Positions 22,314 to 34,808 of a DNA stretch of 64,000 bases are shown in pieces. The notes below the pieces were generated by a model. It saw nothing but the letters and a program-made list of their open reading frames with translations. It did no database searches and had not been told where the DNA came from. The stretch spans positions 45,756,001-45,820,000 of the forward strand of contig NC_087441.1 of the NCBI RefSeq assembly GCF_036321535.1. Direction: 5' to 3'. Source of the stretch: Camelus dromedarius. Lineage: Eukaryota. Position numbers and translations under genes: made by a program. Within the stretch, counting starts at the first letter, position 1, and each line of letters starts with the position of its first letter.

Positions 22314-24621
22314 CCAAGGAAGTCCCGATGAATGAAGGTGCAATTCCCTGGTTCCTGATAGATGATTCTCTGAGGGTCCCATCAGCACCTCAATAGACAG
22401 GGCATTGGCTACCAGGCTGGAGCTTTGGTCAGGAAGCTCCTAGAACCCAGGAAGTGCTGGCTTCCTGGGAGAGCTCGCTGTTCCTGTCAGACACTTAAGC
22501 TTGGTTTGAGAGGCCAGCTGAGCTCCTGGCAGGAGAAGTGCTTTCCTCTCCACAGTGAGCCTTTCTGTGATGGAGATGCTCACCTCAGGGAGGGGTCCTT
22601 CTCTCCCCAAGGGCAGAGGCCCACTTGTCTCCTCTCACTGCAGGTGGCAACAGGACCCTGAGCAGAGCATCCTCTACAGATTTGTCCAACATGTGTGGCA
22701 CCCAAGTTCAACAGGGAGCTGGGAATTGGTCCAGGAAAGAAAAACAAGGGCAGGCATTCGGAGGACTTGAGGTAAAAATTTAATAACGTGCAGTAAATGT
22801 TCATAGTAATTTGGGTCTCATAAAAGCCTGCCTCCTCACACTGTATCCTCTTACTCGGACAGTAAAACTCTAATGCAACTCCGTGTTCTGTCACACACAG
22901 TTGAAATCTGAGGATTCAGAATAATGCCTTGCCTATTTCTTCCTAAGGGAGTATGGTCACTAAAGAGTTTCAGACTCAGACTTTGGTCACCTTATCGTCC
23001 CATAAGATTTTAATATTCTAATTACTAACAGGAAATCATGCAAGCAAGGAAGAAAATCCCAGTTCCTCCATTAATTAATAGAGACAAAAAGAATCCAATC
23101 AATTATTCTGTAATTTCCAGAGAACCATCACCTTTCTAGTAGCTGCTAAGTCCAGTGTGAAAACAGGCTAATAGCACATGCAATCTCCCACCATTTCTGG
23201 TCCCCCTGGGGATAGTCAGGGCTATCGTGTCCTGCTGCATTAGGACAGATTTTTTGACCCCAAGCCTAATTTCAGATTTTTTGTGTGTGTGCATGCTGAA
23301 GTGTGATCCTTTATGTCACTAAGTTGGGGATATGAATTTTTAATCTCCCTAAAATACATAGTGTGTTGGAGGTGCAAAATTTGGCTTGTGAACAAATGGG
23401 ATGGAGAATTGACTGCAGGGAGGGCGTCCCCTTGCTGTCACTGCGAGTGCTGTTTGGGACTCCAGAGGGAGCTATTTGGAAAATGAATTGGATTCTGTCC
23501 TTAAAAATAAAGTTACTTGGTAAATTGAGGAAGCCTTGGTCCAGGTGAGAGCCCAGGAGCAGCTGGGGCTTAACACCCTTCTGCACATGTTTAAGGACAT
23601 TGGAGGCTTATGACTGCTAATTAGGACCCACAGATCATTTAAATTGTGAGTCTCTTGATCCACTGTGAGCACATTAATAATTTTTCTCAATACTTTCAAG
23701 GTAAAAAGAGATTATGGAGAGAAGACTGTTTAATTTGATCACTTGTGTATGTGGGCACCAACACCCTTTTCCTGCCTCCCCTCCTTGGCACCGTCCTTGG
23801 ACGACACATATCCCCGTGCTTTGGGGAGTCAGCCCTGCTCCAGGAGACCCACTCACCCTCTCAGAGCCACTATGTGCTTTCTTTCTGTCAGTCTCTTCAT
23901 TTCCTTTTCTCCTCCATACACATTCACATCTGTTGCACATCATTTAACTGTTCTGTGTCATGGGGTACATTTTATTTTCCAGTTTTCCTGTCTACCATCT
24001 CACGTGTAGGCTTTTCTTTAACAAACACATTCTCATTTCCTTCTCATACAGTGTCCAGGATTGTTTCCACTACTCACTTTGCTATTGTTATAATTTTTCT
24101 TTGTCTTCTTTTTTTCTTTTGCTTTGGTTTTTCTCTCTCTGTTGTGGAGGTATGGAAACCAGAGTGCAGGTGCTGAAGCTGGTCAGCTGGACATCGCCAG
24201 CAGCCCTGGTTCCATACCCTCTAGCCTCTTCGCTAGTGGCCCTTCTGATTCTTGTGAGAGCAGTTGTGGTAAATCCCTTTCCCTCCCCCTCCAGCCTCTG
24301 TTTTGGGAAGTTTGGGTGGGTCATTCGCAACTGGCAACATGTTCAGTCTCCTTCCCCGAGGTTGAATGTGCCTGCAGGTGTCGGGCTCTTCTGCAACTCC
24401 CCTTTGTAGGGCCTGTGGGAGGACAGCTCAGAAGTCACTAGCAGGGTCGGCGGGAAGAGCAGGCAGGTTGATGAAGAAACTGGTAACAGAAGTATACGGT
24501 GTGTGGGGAGTCATTTTCCTGGATTACTTTGAGTAAGAGTCTTCTCTAATATCTTGTGCTCAAAGACATGTTATTAAAAGTTTCAAGATTGCTGCAATAC
24601 AGGTGCTCAGTTTGGTGAAGT

Positions 24622-24975
24622 CTAGATTTTTTTTTTCTTTTTGCCTTGATGACCTTCTAAAGGGGCACTGGAATGTTGTTCCTGACTACTCTTTGAGAGT
24701 CTCCTGTCTTCCCCAGGGAACATAACGTACCTTTTTTCTCTGGCTGCCTTCAAGATTTGCTTTTCATCTTTTATTTTCTGCAGTTTGAAAATGATATACC
24801 AAGGTATGATGTTTTTGTTTGTTTGCTGCTTGATGTTTCTGAGCTTTTGGGTTTGTTTGCTGTCTGTCAGGAAGTTTGGAAAATTCTCAGCCATTAGTTC
24901 TTTCAATATCTTTTCTGCCTCACTCTCTCCCTCTTCTCCTTCTGGTATTCCCATTGCATATATATCAGGCCACAT
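24622..24975 (-). mobile_element. L1 ORF1 fragment
   Basis: Translates to GIPEGEE...AEKILKELMAENFPNF...IIFKLQKIKDEKQILKAAREKR, the L1 ORF1p RRM region. Confidence 0.9.
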
Positions 24976-24989
24976 GATATTGTCTCACT

Positions 24990-26175
24990 TTAAATATAAA
25001 AACATAGATACATTATGAGGAAATTATGAAAAATAAATGTCATACAAACAGTGAAGAAAGCTAGAATAGCTATATTATATTAATACCTGAAGAAGTACAC
25101 TTCACCCTTAGGAGTGTTACCAGGGATAAATGGTGCTGACACATAATGATAAAGGGTTCAATCCTCCAAGAAGACACAGAGATACGAAATGTGTGCCTAC
25201 TAACAGCAGTACTCAAAGAGACGCAGAGAAAAGCTGCTAGAACTGGAAGGAGAAAGAGAAAAAGCCACAGTTACAGATGGAGACTTCAATCATTGATAGA
25301 AAAAGTGGACAGGAAATCAGTAGGCACAGAAGATCTGAATAATATCATTAACCAACTTGGCCTAATTTACGATTATAGAATATTCCACTCAGCAGCAGAA
25401 AACAGCCTTTTCAACTGCACACAGAATATTCTCCAGAACAGACCATATATTGACTCATAAAGAAAACCTTAACACACTTTTTTTTTAGTTGATCTTTTTG
25501 TTTGTTTGTTTTAGTCTCTTTTTTGTGGGGGGTAACTAGGTTTATTTATTTTTTAATAGAGGTACTGGGGATTGAACCTAGGACCTCGTGTATGCTAAGT
25601 ATGGGCTCTACCGAAGAGCTATACCCTCCCTCTCCTTAACATAGTTTTTAAAATGGAAACCTCTTCTTGGCTCTTGGAATTTTGGCCCCTGTGTGAGAGT
25701 GGTGGTGCTGCCTGGACAATGTGCAGAGTGCCCCTGCTGGGCCAGTGGGGTGGAGGGCAGGTGGAAAGGTTTAAAAAAAAAAAAAAAAGGAAATCTCACA
25801 AAGTATGTTCTTGGAGTATAATGGAATTAAACTAGAATTCTGTAACAATAAGATATCTGGAAAATCACCAAATATTGGCAGTTAATACGCTTCTATGTAA
25901 CCCATGGGCCTCAAGGTAAATTTAAAAATCCTTTGAACCAAATAAAAATGAAAATACAGTATATCTAATTTGTGGATTGCAGCTAAAGAAGTGCTTAGAG
26001 GAAATTTTATAGCATTCAAATGCTTATATTAGAAAAGAAGCAGTGTCTCCAACCAGTAATCTAAGGTTCTTCCCTAAGAAACAAGAAAAAGAAGAGCAAT
26101 TAAACCTAGAACAGGCAGAACAAAGGAAATAATAAAGAGCTTATATCAATAAAATTGAAAAAAAAAAAAGAAGAA
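24990..26175 (+). mobile_element. L1 ORF2 endonuclease-region fragment, interrupted by a SINE and an unknown insert
   Basis: MIKGSILQED..., GGAGACTTCAA (GDF), and LNNIINQLGLIYDYRIFH match the L1 EN domain. Confidence 0.88.
25478..25633 (-). mobile_element. vic-1-type SINE (antisense)
   Basis: Reverse complement of the SINE head (GGTACTGGGGATTGAACCTAGGACCTCGTG...GCTATACCCTCCC); TSD core CCTTAACA at 25467 and 25634. Confidence 0.9.
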
Positions 26176-26384
26176 AAACCTTCCTACCTCCCACTCTCCC
26201 CACCAGTCCTAAGTCCCTGTGTACATCGTTGGATGCAAACAGAGATGTGTGGAGGAGGAGGAATTCATTCAGTTACACAGGTCAGACTTGTGGATATTAG
26301 CTCTCTCCCTCCCAGGAAAAACTAGATGTTACAAATGTTTGTTTTTTTTTTTAATATTATAAGTTTTCTATGTCATTTCTAAAG

Positions 26385-26590
26385 CTAACATCTGTTGAGA
26401 GCTTGTAACATTCCAGGTATTGTTATAAGCACTTTAAATATATTAGTTCATGTAATCCTTACAAGTAACCTATTTTTACCCCCATGTTATAGATGCGGAA
26501 ACTGAAGCACACACAAGTAATCTGCCAAAGATGACTCACGTAATATGTGATAGAGCCAAGATCTGAATCCAGGCAGTCTGGCCTCAGATG
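26385..26590 (-). mobile_element. MIR SINE
   Basis: Core TTATAGATGCGGAAACTGAAGCAC and AAGATCTGAATCCAGGCAGTCTGG. Similar MIRs lie near 32590-32780, 37300-37470, 47690-47880, 49130-49330, 56640-56900 and 58440-58660. Confidence 0.75.
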
Positions 26591-27329
26591 TAAAGGAGTG
26601 TTTTTGCTGGTACCTGTGATCGGGGGGTCCAGGATGGAAAGGGCTGTATTTGTTCCCCCTGCATCTAGCACAGTGTCTGGCAAACAAAGCTCTGGATAAG
26701 GGTTAGTTGGCTGGTTTATAACTTGAGACCATTTTAGAATAAAAATGGAAGGAATCTTGGCCTATTAGAGAGGTGACTTCAAAGTTGCTAAGAGACTAGT
26801 TCTTAAATGTTTTCTCCCCCTAGAATAAATGATAATTATGTGATATCATAGAGGTGTTAGCTAAGGCTACAGTGGTAATCACTTTGCAGTATATAAATAC
26901 ATCAAACCAACATGTTGTACATCTTAAATGTACACAATATTATAAATCAGTTATGTCTCACACACAAAAAAGGTGATGACTACAATGCTACACTTTATTT
27001 ATAAACCTATTTATAAGTTACTGATGCTGGTCAATACAGATGACCTTTCGCTTTATATTGTGTGATGTGATATGATGGGTGGAGGGAGGGAGATGTTGTC
27101 TTTGGGGTTTGAGCAGATAGATGGAGAGAGAGGTTTCTCTGATAACATCACAAAAGTCATGGAAGAGAGCAAACAATTCAATCTCTAGAATCTTCGTATC
27201 CTTTCTCTGAGTTAACTGACATTACTCCCACTCTCAGGGGCCCAGACAGAGGTTAGGTAACTTGCCCAAGGCTGCTCTGCCAGCAAGCAGTGGGTGAGGG
27301 GTCCACAGAGCTGGCTGTGTGGACTACGC

Positions 27330-27681
27330 ACTGCAGTAGAGGAGCGGAGGCTCAGATGGCTCCCCCTTCACTGCCTTCAGGTCTTAACACACCTTCACCT
27401 CCAGGAGACTTTCTCCGCTACTCTAATTTTAATTACAGCCCTTCCTCCTTACTGCAACCCTGACCGTCTCTATCCCCCTTCCTTGCTTAAATGTTCCTCT
27501 TTGTCACTCATTACCATTTAACATGTACATATTTTATTTATTTATCTTGCTTATTGTTTGTCTCTTTGCAGTAGAAAGTAAGCTCCATGAGGCTAGAGAT
27601 TTTGGTCAGTTTGTTAAACTGAGCCTAGAATAGTGCCTGGTACACTGAAGGCATTACATATTTGTTGAATGAATGAATGAG
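27330..27681 (+). mobile_element. L2a 3' end
   Basis: GTAAGCTCCATGAGG...CCTAGAATAGTGCCTGG...TATTTGTTGAATGAATGAATGA terminus. Confidence 0.8.
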
Positions 27682-28959
27682 TAAAGATTCCCTGTCATTT
27701 CACTTACTATAAATTAGGGGAAGGACATTCAGAAGTTAGGAATCTGTGAGAATCTGTATGCAAGACAGCTCAAAAGGTGCCTATTTTGTATGTCTATGAT
27801 GTCTGGGTGCTAGGTGCATAGTGGGTCACATCGTTTATCCCAGATCAGGACCCAAAAAGTCTCTGCTTTCAAGGAACCCTCTGTCACTCATTCAGATGTT
27901 CACAAATGTTCAGAAAATTAGTATTTCTCATTCATTCATTTATCATTTAACAAACATTTATTGAGTGCCCACTGTGTGCCGGGCATTGTTCTATACACTA
28001 CATTGCTCATTGGATCTCTCCAAGAAAAAAAATCCAGTATCCAACTAGAAAGCAATGGTAAGTATTTTCATAAAGTATCTGTAATAACAGACATTTTTAA
28101 TTATGATTTAAATAAGGCAGTGTAATTAGGTTTATATTAAAAAATTTTTTGTTTTTAATTTTTACTTTATAGTTGAATTTTATTACGTATTTTTAAAAAT
28201 GCCCACTCTTTGTAGGTGAAAAAAATCATGCTCATAGTATTTGTGAGCTCCTCCACTCTTAGAGATAGAAGATCAATGTTTTTTTTTCTATAAAAATGAG
28301 CATGCTTAAATTTTTTATTTAATTGATTTTATGTATAAATGTATCTATCTTTTGAGAAACAGATTAAAAAGGCCAAATAATTCTATAAGATGTATATCAA
28401 AAATAGTTGTCTCCTGTCCCTGCTCTCTAAAGACAACCATAGTTTTAGCTCTTCCTTCTGATATTTGCTTAGATTTCTAATTGCTTTGCATGTATTGCCC
28501 TTTCTTGATTATTTTTTGTTTTTGATATAGTCTGTTGATCTTTTACTTTGGAAGATGAAGGTGTAGCTTGAAGAACTCATCCCACCTTTTCCTCCTTCCA
28601 TCCTCCCGATAAAGTTATGGCATAATTTTTAGTGAAACCAATACTTAGTGATAATATTGTTTTGAAAATGTATATATTATTTAGAATTGAATCATATAAT
28701 GTACTACAGTTATTTTTTTCTTTATCTTTCTCTCTCTCCTGTTGGGTTAATAATTCTCCCTCTCTTTTTTTGTTTGCTTGATTTTTTAGTGCTTATCACA
28801 AATTTATCCCCAAATTATCCACCAGCACTAGAACACTTTCATTATATTTATGCAGTTCCTTACCACCTAGTTTTTTCTTTGGAGACATCCCTCCAGGATG
28901 GGCAACTCACTAGGTCCATTGATTATCTGTTATTCTGGAATTTCCCCTCACCCTTATTC

Positions 28960-31041
28960 TGGAATGAATCACTCCTACCAACTGCCCCTGATGATTTGTC
29001 CATCTTCAGACACTCCTGAACCAAGAGCTTTAGAGGACACTAGGGAGGAATTGAAGATGGGCCAGACCTGACATCATGCTTTCTTTACCACCCCTCCTGT
29101 TTGTTGCATGGGGCGAAAGGCTGAATGGTCACCTCTGGGACTCTGGAGGGCCACAAGCTCTGCCCAAGTGGTGGTAAGCCAGCGCCAACTGTGCCCTGTT
29201 ATTTGTGGGGAGAAATTTACAGAGTCCCTACTGCTCATTCAATAATGGTGAGGTTAGTCTGGGACGTGTTGGGCTATGATACTGGTTGGAATAAGATTTA
29301 AGCCAATCAGCTTGCCCTAGCACTGTGTACAGTGCTTATGTAAGGAGCCAGCTATGACTTGAGAGGTAATGTAATCACAGCCCTACTAGGCAGGGCTGTG
29401 GCAACCCTAGGGCAATCAGGGACTTGATAAAGAATTGATCTACGTCAAGAAAATGCTTCCATGAATGGCTATTGTAAATAGTGCTGCTATGAACATCGGG
29501 GTGCATGTATCTTTTCAAGTTAGAGTTCCCTCCAAGTATATGCCCAGGAGTGGGATTGCTGGATCATATAGAAGGGATAAATTGGGAGTTCAAGATGTGC
29601 AGATACCAACTACTGTATATAAAACAGATAAACAACAATTTTATACCATATAGCACAGGGAACTATATTCAATATCTTGAGTAACCTATAATGAAAAAGA
29701 ATATGAAAACAAATATATGTATGTGTATGTACGACTGAAACATTATGCTGTACACCAGAAACTGATACAACATTGTAAACCGACTATATTTCAATACCAA
29801 AAAAAAAAAAAAAAAAAAGAAAAGAAAAAAGAAAAATGAACAACAAAAAAAGAAAATGCTAGGGAATATACCCTTCCAAGGTTGAAAGACCCTTCACTTC
29901 ATAATTCCTGAAGAATGGGCTGTCATAGTGCCTGGTATTAAACCAGGCAAGAGCCACAGGCTACCAGTGACTTCTGGGTGATCTGTCCCCAGTAGTAAAC
30001 CTGATAAGTATCATAAACAAAGAAGAATATCAGGGAAAACACCCATCGTTATGGGGTAGGGAAACCAAAACCTTGAACTCATGGGATGTGGATGGGAGCA
30101 CATTAGGCCTATGAATTTCTGGACATCCAGGGTTGGGGACCACAATGCCCAGAAGCTGGTCACCCAGAACTCACAACTGGCAATCTAACCCTCAAACACC
30201 CCAAGACACCTACTCCATAAAGCTACTCCCTTGTTCAGGGTATACACGTTCATAAGCCCAGGCAGAAGTAGAAGGGCACAGTTCCTGGAACATTGTGATA
30301 CTTCCTGATGGTTCCATACCATCACCTCTCAATGCACATCCAGAGTGGGCTCTGATAGTGGGTAAAGAATAGCAGCCTGCCTCGAATTCTACCTACTGGA
30401 TACATGAGTCATGTATGGATGTTCAGAGGCTCCGTGAGAGAAAGGAGATGGGGAGAGAAATTGAGACTGGGAGTCAAGAACCCAGGATAAGCTTCAGAAC
30501 AGCGTTTGGATATACAGTTCCCAATGTATGAAGGGACAAAGGGCATAGGAGAGATTGGACATATGTTGCTGTAAGAATGGTGGCTTTGAGAAATGTGATG
30601 CTCCAAAACTTCATGGCCTTAGATCATATCCCAGCTGAAAAGGGAGAAAAACTTGATATTGTGGGGAAGACTGGCATTTGTATTCCAGACAACTTCCCAA
30701 ATACATAGAATTTAGCGAGACATACATATAAGGAAATGGCTAAATTTAGGCAGACTCTAACTGAGCCCTGGGATATGTGGTCCTGATTCTCAGTTGGTTT
30801 TTTTTGGTTTTTTTTTTTTTAGAAAATGAGAGCTTATGTAATACTATGTATGTTATGCTTTGCTTTGTATAAATTGGTTGTATTAAAATACTGATTGACA
30901 GATGTCATCACCTGTTTGAGGAGTCATCACACCTATCTGGGCCATCAAGAGTTATTAGTAGGAAAGCTACTCCCATCCCTGACCAAAGAGATGGATGATG
31001 ATACATTCTGTGCTGCTTTAGAGGCCCAGAGACAGTGGGGG
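28960..31041 (+). mobile_element. Decayed endogenous retrovirus env remnant
   Basis: Frame 1 at 30586-30705 reads LRNVMLQNFMALDHIPAEKGEKLDIVGKTGICIPDN, resembling the gamma-type TM immunosuppressive domain; multiple stops and frameshifts; 5' boundary approximate. Confidence 0.7.
29458..29849 (+). mobile_element. Young L1 insertion with 5' inversion
   Basis: Antisense L1 segment 29458-29569, then sense 3' UTR and poly(A) 29570-29849; TSD AAGAAAATGCT at 29447-29457 and 29850-29860. Confidence 0.88.
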
Positions 31042-31323
31042 TGCCCCACGTTGTTGGCAGGCCCTGTGGGTATAGTCTTGTGATGTGGTTAGAGGTTTAG
31101 TATTTGAAAACTGGACTTAACCTGAAGTGTTACCTAAAATGTAGTTTTATCAGTTAAGATGTTGACGATGTGACCTCTGGATGGGTAAGGGATAAAGCTC
31201 TAAGAATAAGGTGACAGGGCCCCCCTGACCTGCAGCACTCATCTCTGTGCCAGCTCCAAACCCATCTGTCTGTCTATTTAGAGTGCTTCTCCTGCTAAAG
31301 TATTTTCAAATGAGACAGCAACA
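31042..31323 (+). mobile_element. Putative 3' LTR of the env-bearing ERV
   Basis: Follows a G-rich tract GAGACAGTGGGGG; begins TG(...TGTTG at 31052) and ends CAACA at 31323. Family not assigned. Confidence 0.45.
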
Positions 31324-31619
31324 ATATTCCAATTAACATACTTTTCCAAAACAGCATGGTGTCTTAAAAAGATGTATGAATCTGCCTTAAGAAATTTATT
31401 CTGTTTCTAAAGTACATCTTAAAGCACAGGAACAAAAATTGCTGCAATCAAAATTTACTTAAGAATATTCATGTCAGCAAAATTGTCTAGGAAGCTCCAA
31501 AACCCTTGTTTCCCCAGAAGACATTCAAATACAACCTAAAACTGGCTGAAATAAACTTGCAGGAGGGTGAAGCCAGGAGGGACATGCATCTCACTTCTGT
31601 GGACCCTTTAAGAGGCGTC

Positions 31620-32560
31620 AGCCTGCCATGAGTCTCCTACACTGATCCCTTGGTTTCTTCTTATTTTTCTTCCGTTAGCTTTTTTTTTTCTATTATCTTG
31701 AAGATTTCCTTGACAGTATCCTTTGATCTTTTGATTAAAATTGCTATTTCTACTCTCATATTTTTAATTCCAAGGATTCTCTTTTATCCTGTTAATCATG
31801 CCTTTTTTTTTTTTTAAATAGCAACCCATTCTCATGTTATTGATGCAATATGTTGTATTATGTCTTCCAGGACATTAATCATCATTTTTTTAATGCTTTT
31901 TTTTTTCTCCCTGTATTTTGTCTGTTTTTTTTTTTTTTTTCCAGATTCCTTTTCTTCCTTTTTGTTGGTTTTGGTTTCTGTCATTCATGGCTCAGATTTA
32001 GTGAGGTCCTTAAAATGTGACTGGAAGCTCTTTTTGTACGAGCAGCCTTGTCACCAGTGAGAGTCGCTGAAGAGGGATCTTGGTGGGCCATCCACGTGAA
32101 CCCCACCTGACAGTGTGTGTACATCTTTCCTCCCTCCCATGTCCTGCCTGAGGGTCTCAGCCTCACTACGAACAGTCTGGAAGCTGAGTTTGGGTTGGTG
32201 CTGTGGGTCCCACTTTAAGGATATGAATTTTCTCTGAATCTTGTTTTGTACTTGTTGGGCCTGTGTCCTAGAGAACAGAGTAAGGTTTCGTTTGGTCAGG
32301 TTGAGGGGCCGTCACCAGCAGCACAGGGGTGGGAAGGGGGTGGGGGCTTCATGTTCTTATTCCCCCCGTCACTTCCACTTTTGGAGATTCCTGAAGCCTC
32401 AGTTTCAGAGGCTTTCTTGGTGTGAACTGTGTGCTTCCTGGGATCCCCTACTTCAGAAAAAAAGGTCAGACTTCTTGGGTCCACCAGGTCAGTTCCCTCT
32501 TGACCATCTGCTTTGCAGCTTCTATAATTTTGTTGCTTTTATCCCCTTTTTCTTCTGTTT
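31620..32560 (-). mobile_element. Old L1M 5'/ORF1-side fragment; a related piece lies at ~28100-28950
   Basis: T-rich antisense L1M-like text such as TTTCTACTCTCATATTTTTAATTCCAAGGATTCTC. Assignment is by resemblance only. Confidence 0.4.
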
Positions 32561-33959
32561 CTCATTGTGTTCCCTTGTTACAGCCATTCATTCATTCATT
32601 CCAGGCACTATTCTAGAAGCTTGACATTATAGCTATTCTAACCCACTTAATCCTCACAATAATACTACCGTCCCCAATTTACAGATGAGCGAAGCTAAAT
32701 AAAGCACAGAGTGGCTGAGTTTCTTGACCACAGACACAGATGTGGTGAAGCCAGAATCCCTGCTCTGAGCCACTGAGCTTCACATAAAATTTGTACATTT
32801 GTTGTTAAATTTCCTTTTCATTTTAGTTTTTGCTATTCCCATCTCCTTTAGTGTTCATATGAACATAACTGGGCTACACTCCTTCCCACAAACCAGAAGA
32901 AGATGGGAATCCCTCTCTGGAGAGTCCCCCAAACTACAGGTTTTGTTCTCAGTCCAGAGGGCATTCCTGGTCTCAGTCACTGGAAGGTCAGTAAAGGGCC
33001 CACTTCTAGATGGTGCTGCCATGACCTGTTGCTGCCAAAAGCAGGTAGTCCCTGAGTCCCCACAGCATCCCCTGCTCACCAGCCCCTTCAGTTCCCACCT
33101 GGTCATTTTCCTGAGGCTTGCACGCAGCCCACACATGGTTCAAGAGGAGAGAACTGAGCCTCCCACCCATTCCCTGCAGGCAGGGCCTGGCCTGTATCTC
33201 CCATCCCACAACCCTCCCCCCGCCCCCATGCACACACATACACACACATCTGAGGAGTGAACCATGCAGCTAGATTAAGATTATCGCAGTAGTCCACAAC
33301 ACTTCTCTCAAAGTGTGAGCTATCACTCTAAAGTAGCTTGTTTGGCGAGTACCAATTCCAGCCAAGCCTTCTCCAGAAGATCCCTCTCCTTTGCTAAAGC
33401 GACACAGCTGAATATACACCCAACTTACATGACTAGTCCCTTTGTCAGCTGGCTACCTTTCTGCCCCTTAAATTCCCAATTTTCACATCCCAGGGAAGTC
33501 CAGAGTCCTCCTCGTTATGGCTTAACAGTTAACTACTTCCTTGGGTTTAACAGTTTCTGAATCCGTTTGTCTTGGCCCCCTGGCTTCTCATGTGCTATCT
33601 TGGTTTCATTTGCATCGACCCAGTATGCAAAACTCAGCCTCTTTACCAGTTTCTACAAGAACTTCAACCACATCAAGCACTTCATAGTTTCTGTGGTCTT
33701 TCCTGAAGATCGTGTCTGAGAGTGCTGTAGGGGTGAGGGTCACAAGCGCAGCGCTCAGCATCCTACCATCTCTCCATCCCCCGCGCTCTTCTCTTCTCCA
33801 GATCTCCCCCTCCCTACCTTCTACTAGTCAATTGCTTCTTGCTGATTATGGTCCTTTAGCACTCATTCCTTTTCCTTTTTGCCAAGAGCACCACAATTAT
33901 TCAGATATCCAGCCCTCCCCAGGCAGCTCCTGTGCCTGGGGGAAAGCAGAGTCCTACCT

Positions 33960-34345
33960 CCACCGGCTCCAAAGGTGGATTTAAGCCCATCAGCATATGC
34001 CAGCGGCTGTCATTGGTTCAGGGATGGGGCGTGGCCCAGTTCCATCCAATGAGATGGAGGGATGTTGGCAGGATGCTCTAGGAAAGAAGCTTCCTAGCTC
34101 CTCTGTGGAAAGTACCTGGAGAAGTTGTCCCCTGTGTTGAATGTGAATGGGGAAGTAGGTGGCCTGGAAGCAAGTGGCAGCAATATTGTGACCATGAGGG
34201 AAGCCAGGCATAGGATGATTGAGACCAGCTCTTTGGTCATATCATGAGTTAGGTCAGCATCACCTAAAGCTCACTGGACTCTCTGCCAGTGAATGCTGTT
34301 TATTTTTAAGCCAGTCTGACTTATTTTTACTTCTGCTTGCAACCT
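33960..34345 (+). mobile_element. Old MaLR LTR (MLT1J/K/L-like)
   Basis: CATTGGTTCAGGGATGGG...CCAATGAGA and TGTGACCATGAGGG motifs, ending TTTAAGCCAGT...GCTTGCAACC. Confidence 0.6.
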
Positions 34346-34786
34346 TACTTCCCTCTTCCTTCCTCTTGGCCCCAGAGCCAGTTTTCTGGGTTCAGCTTCT
34401 AACTGGGGTTGGCTTATCAAAGACATGGCCCACACAAAAGTTGGTTATCCTTATAGAGAATTCACCAACCAGTTGCATTTTGTTCACCATCCAGCTGCTT
34501 TTTAGTATAAAGACATTGGAAACTTTCAGACTATATCATCTGCTTTCAGATTCAAGTTCTGTTTCAAGGACAATGGTTGTATTCTTGCCTTTTGGTAACT
34601 AAAGGGCCCATCTTGGAGATCTCCCCTCAAATAAAGGGGGAAGGAGCTTCAGGTGATCAATGAATTTATTCTAGAAACTGAAGCTGCAGGCAACCTCCAA
34701 CAGGCTATTGTCTAAATGATGTTTTTAAAATGCAGAGTTTCTCTTAAATGGGCCCCTGCTATGTCCTTCCTACTTTACACACATGT

Positions 34787-34808
34787 ACACACACACACAC
34801 ACACACAC
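34787..34808 (+). repeat. (AC)11 microsatellite
   Basis: Read directly. Confidence 0.9.

Noticed and set aside
29076-31041. Intact captured env (syncytin-like) gene
   Set aside because: Multiple stops, frameshifts, lost CX6CC cysteines and an L1 insertion make it non-coding.
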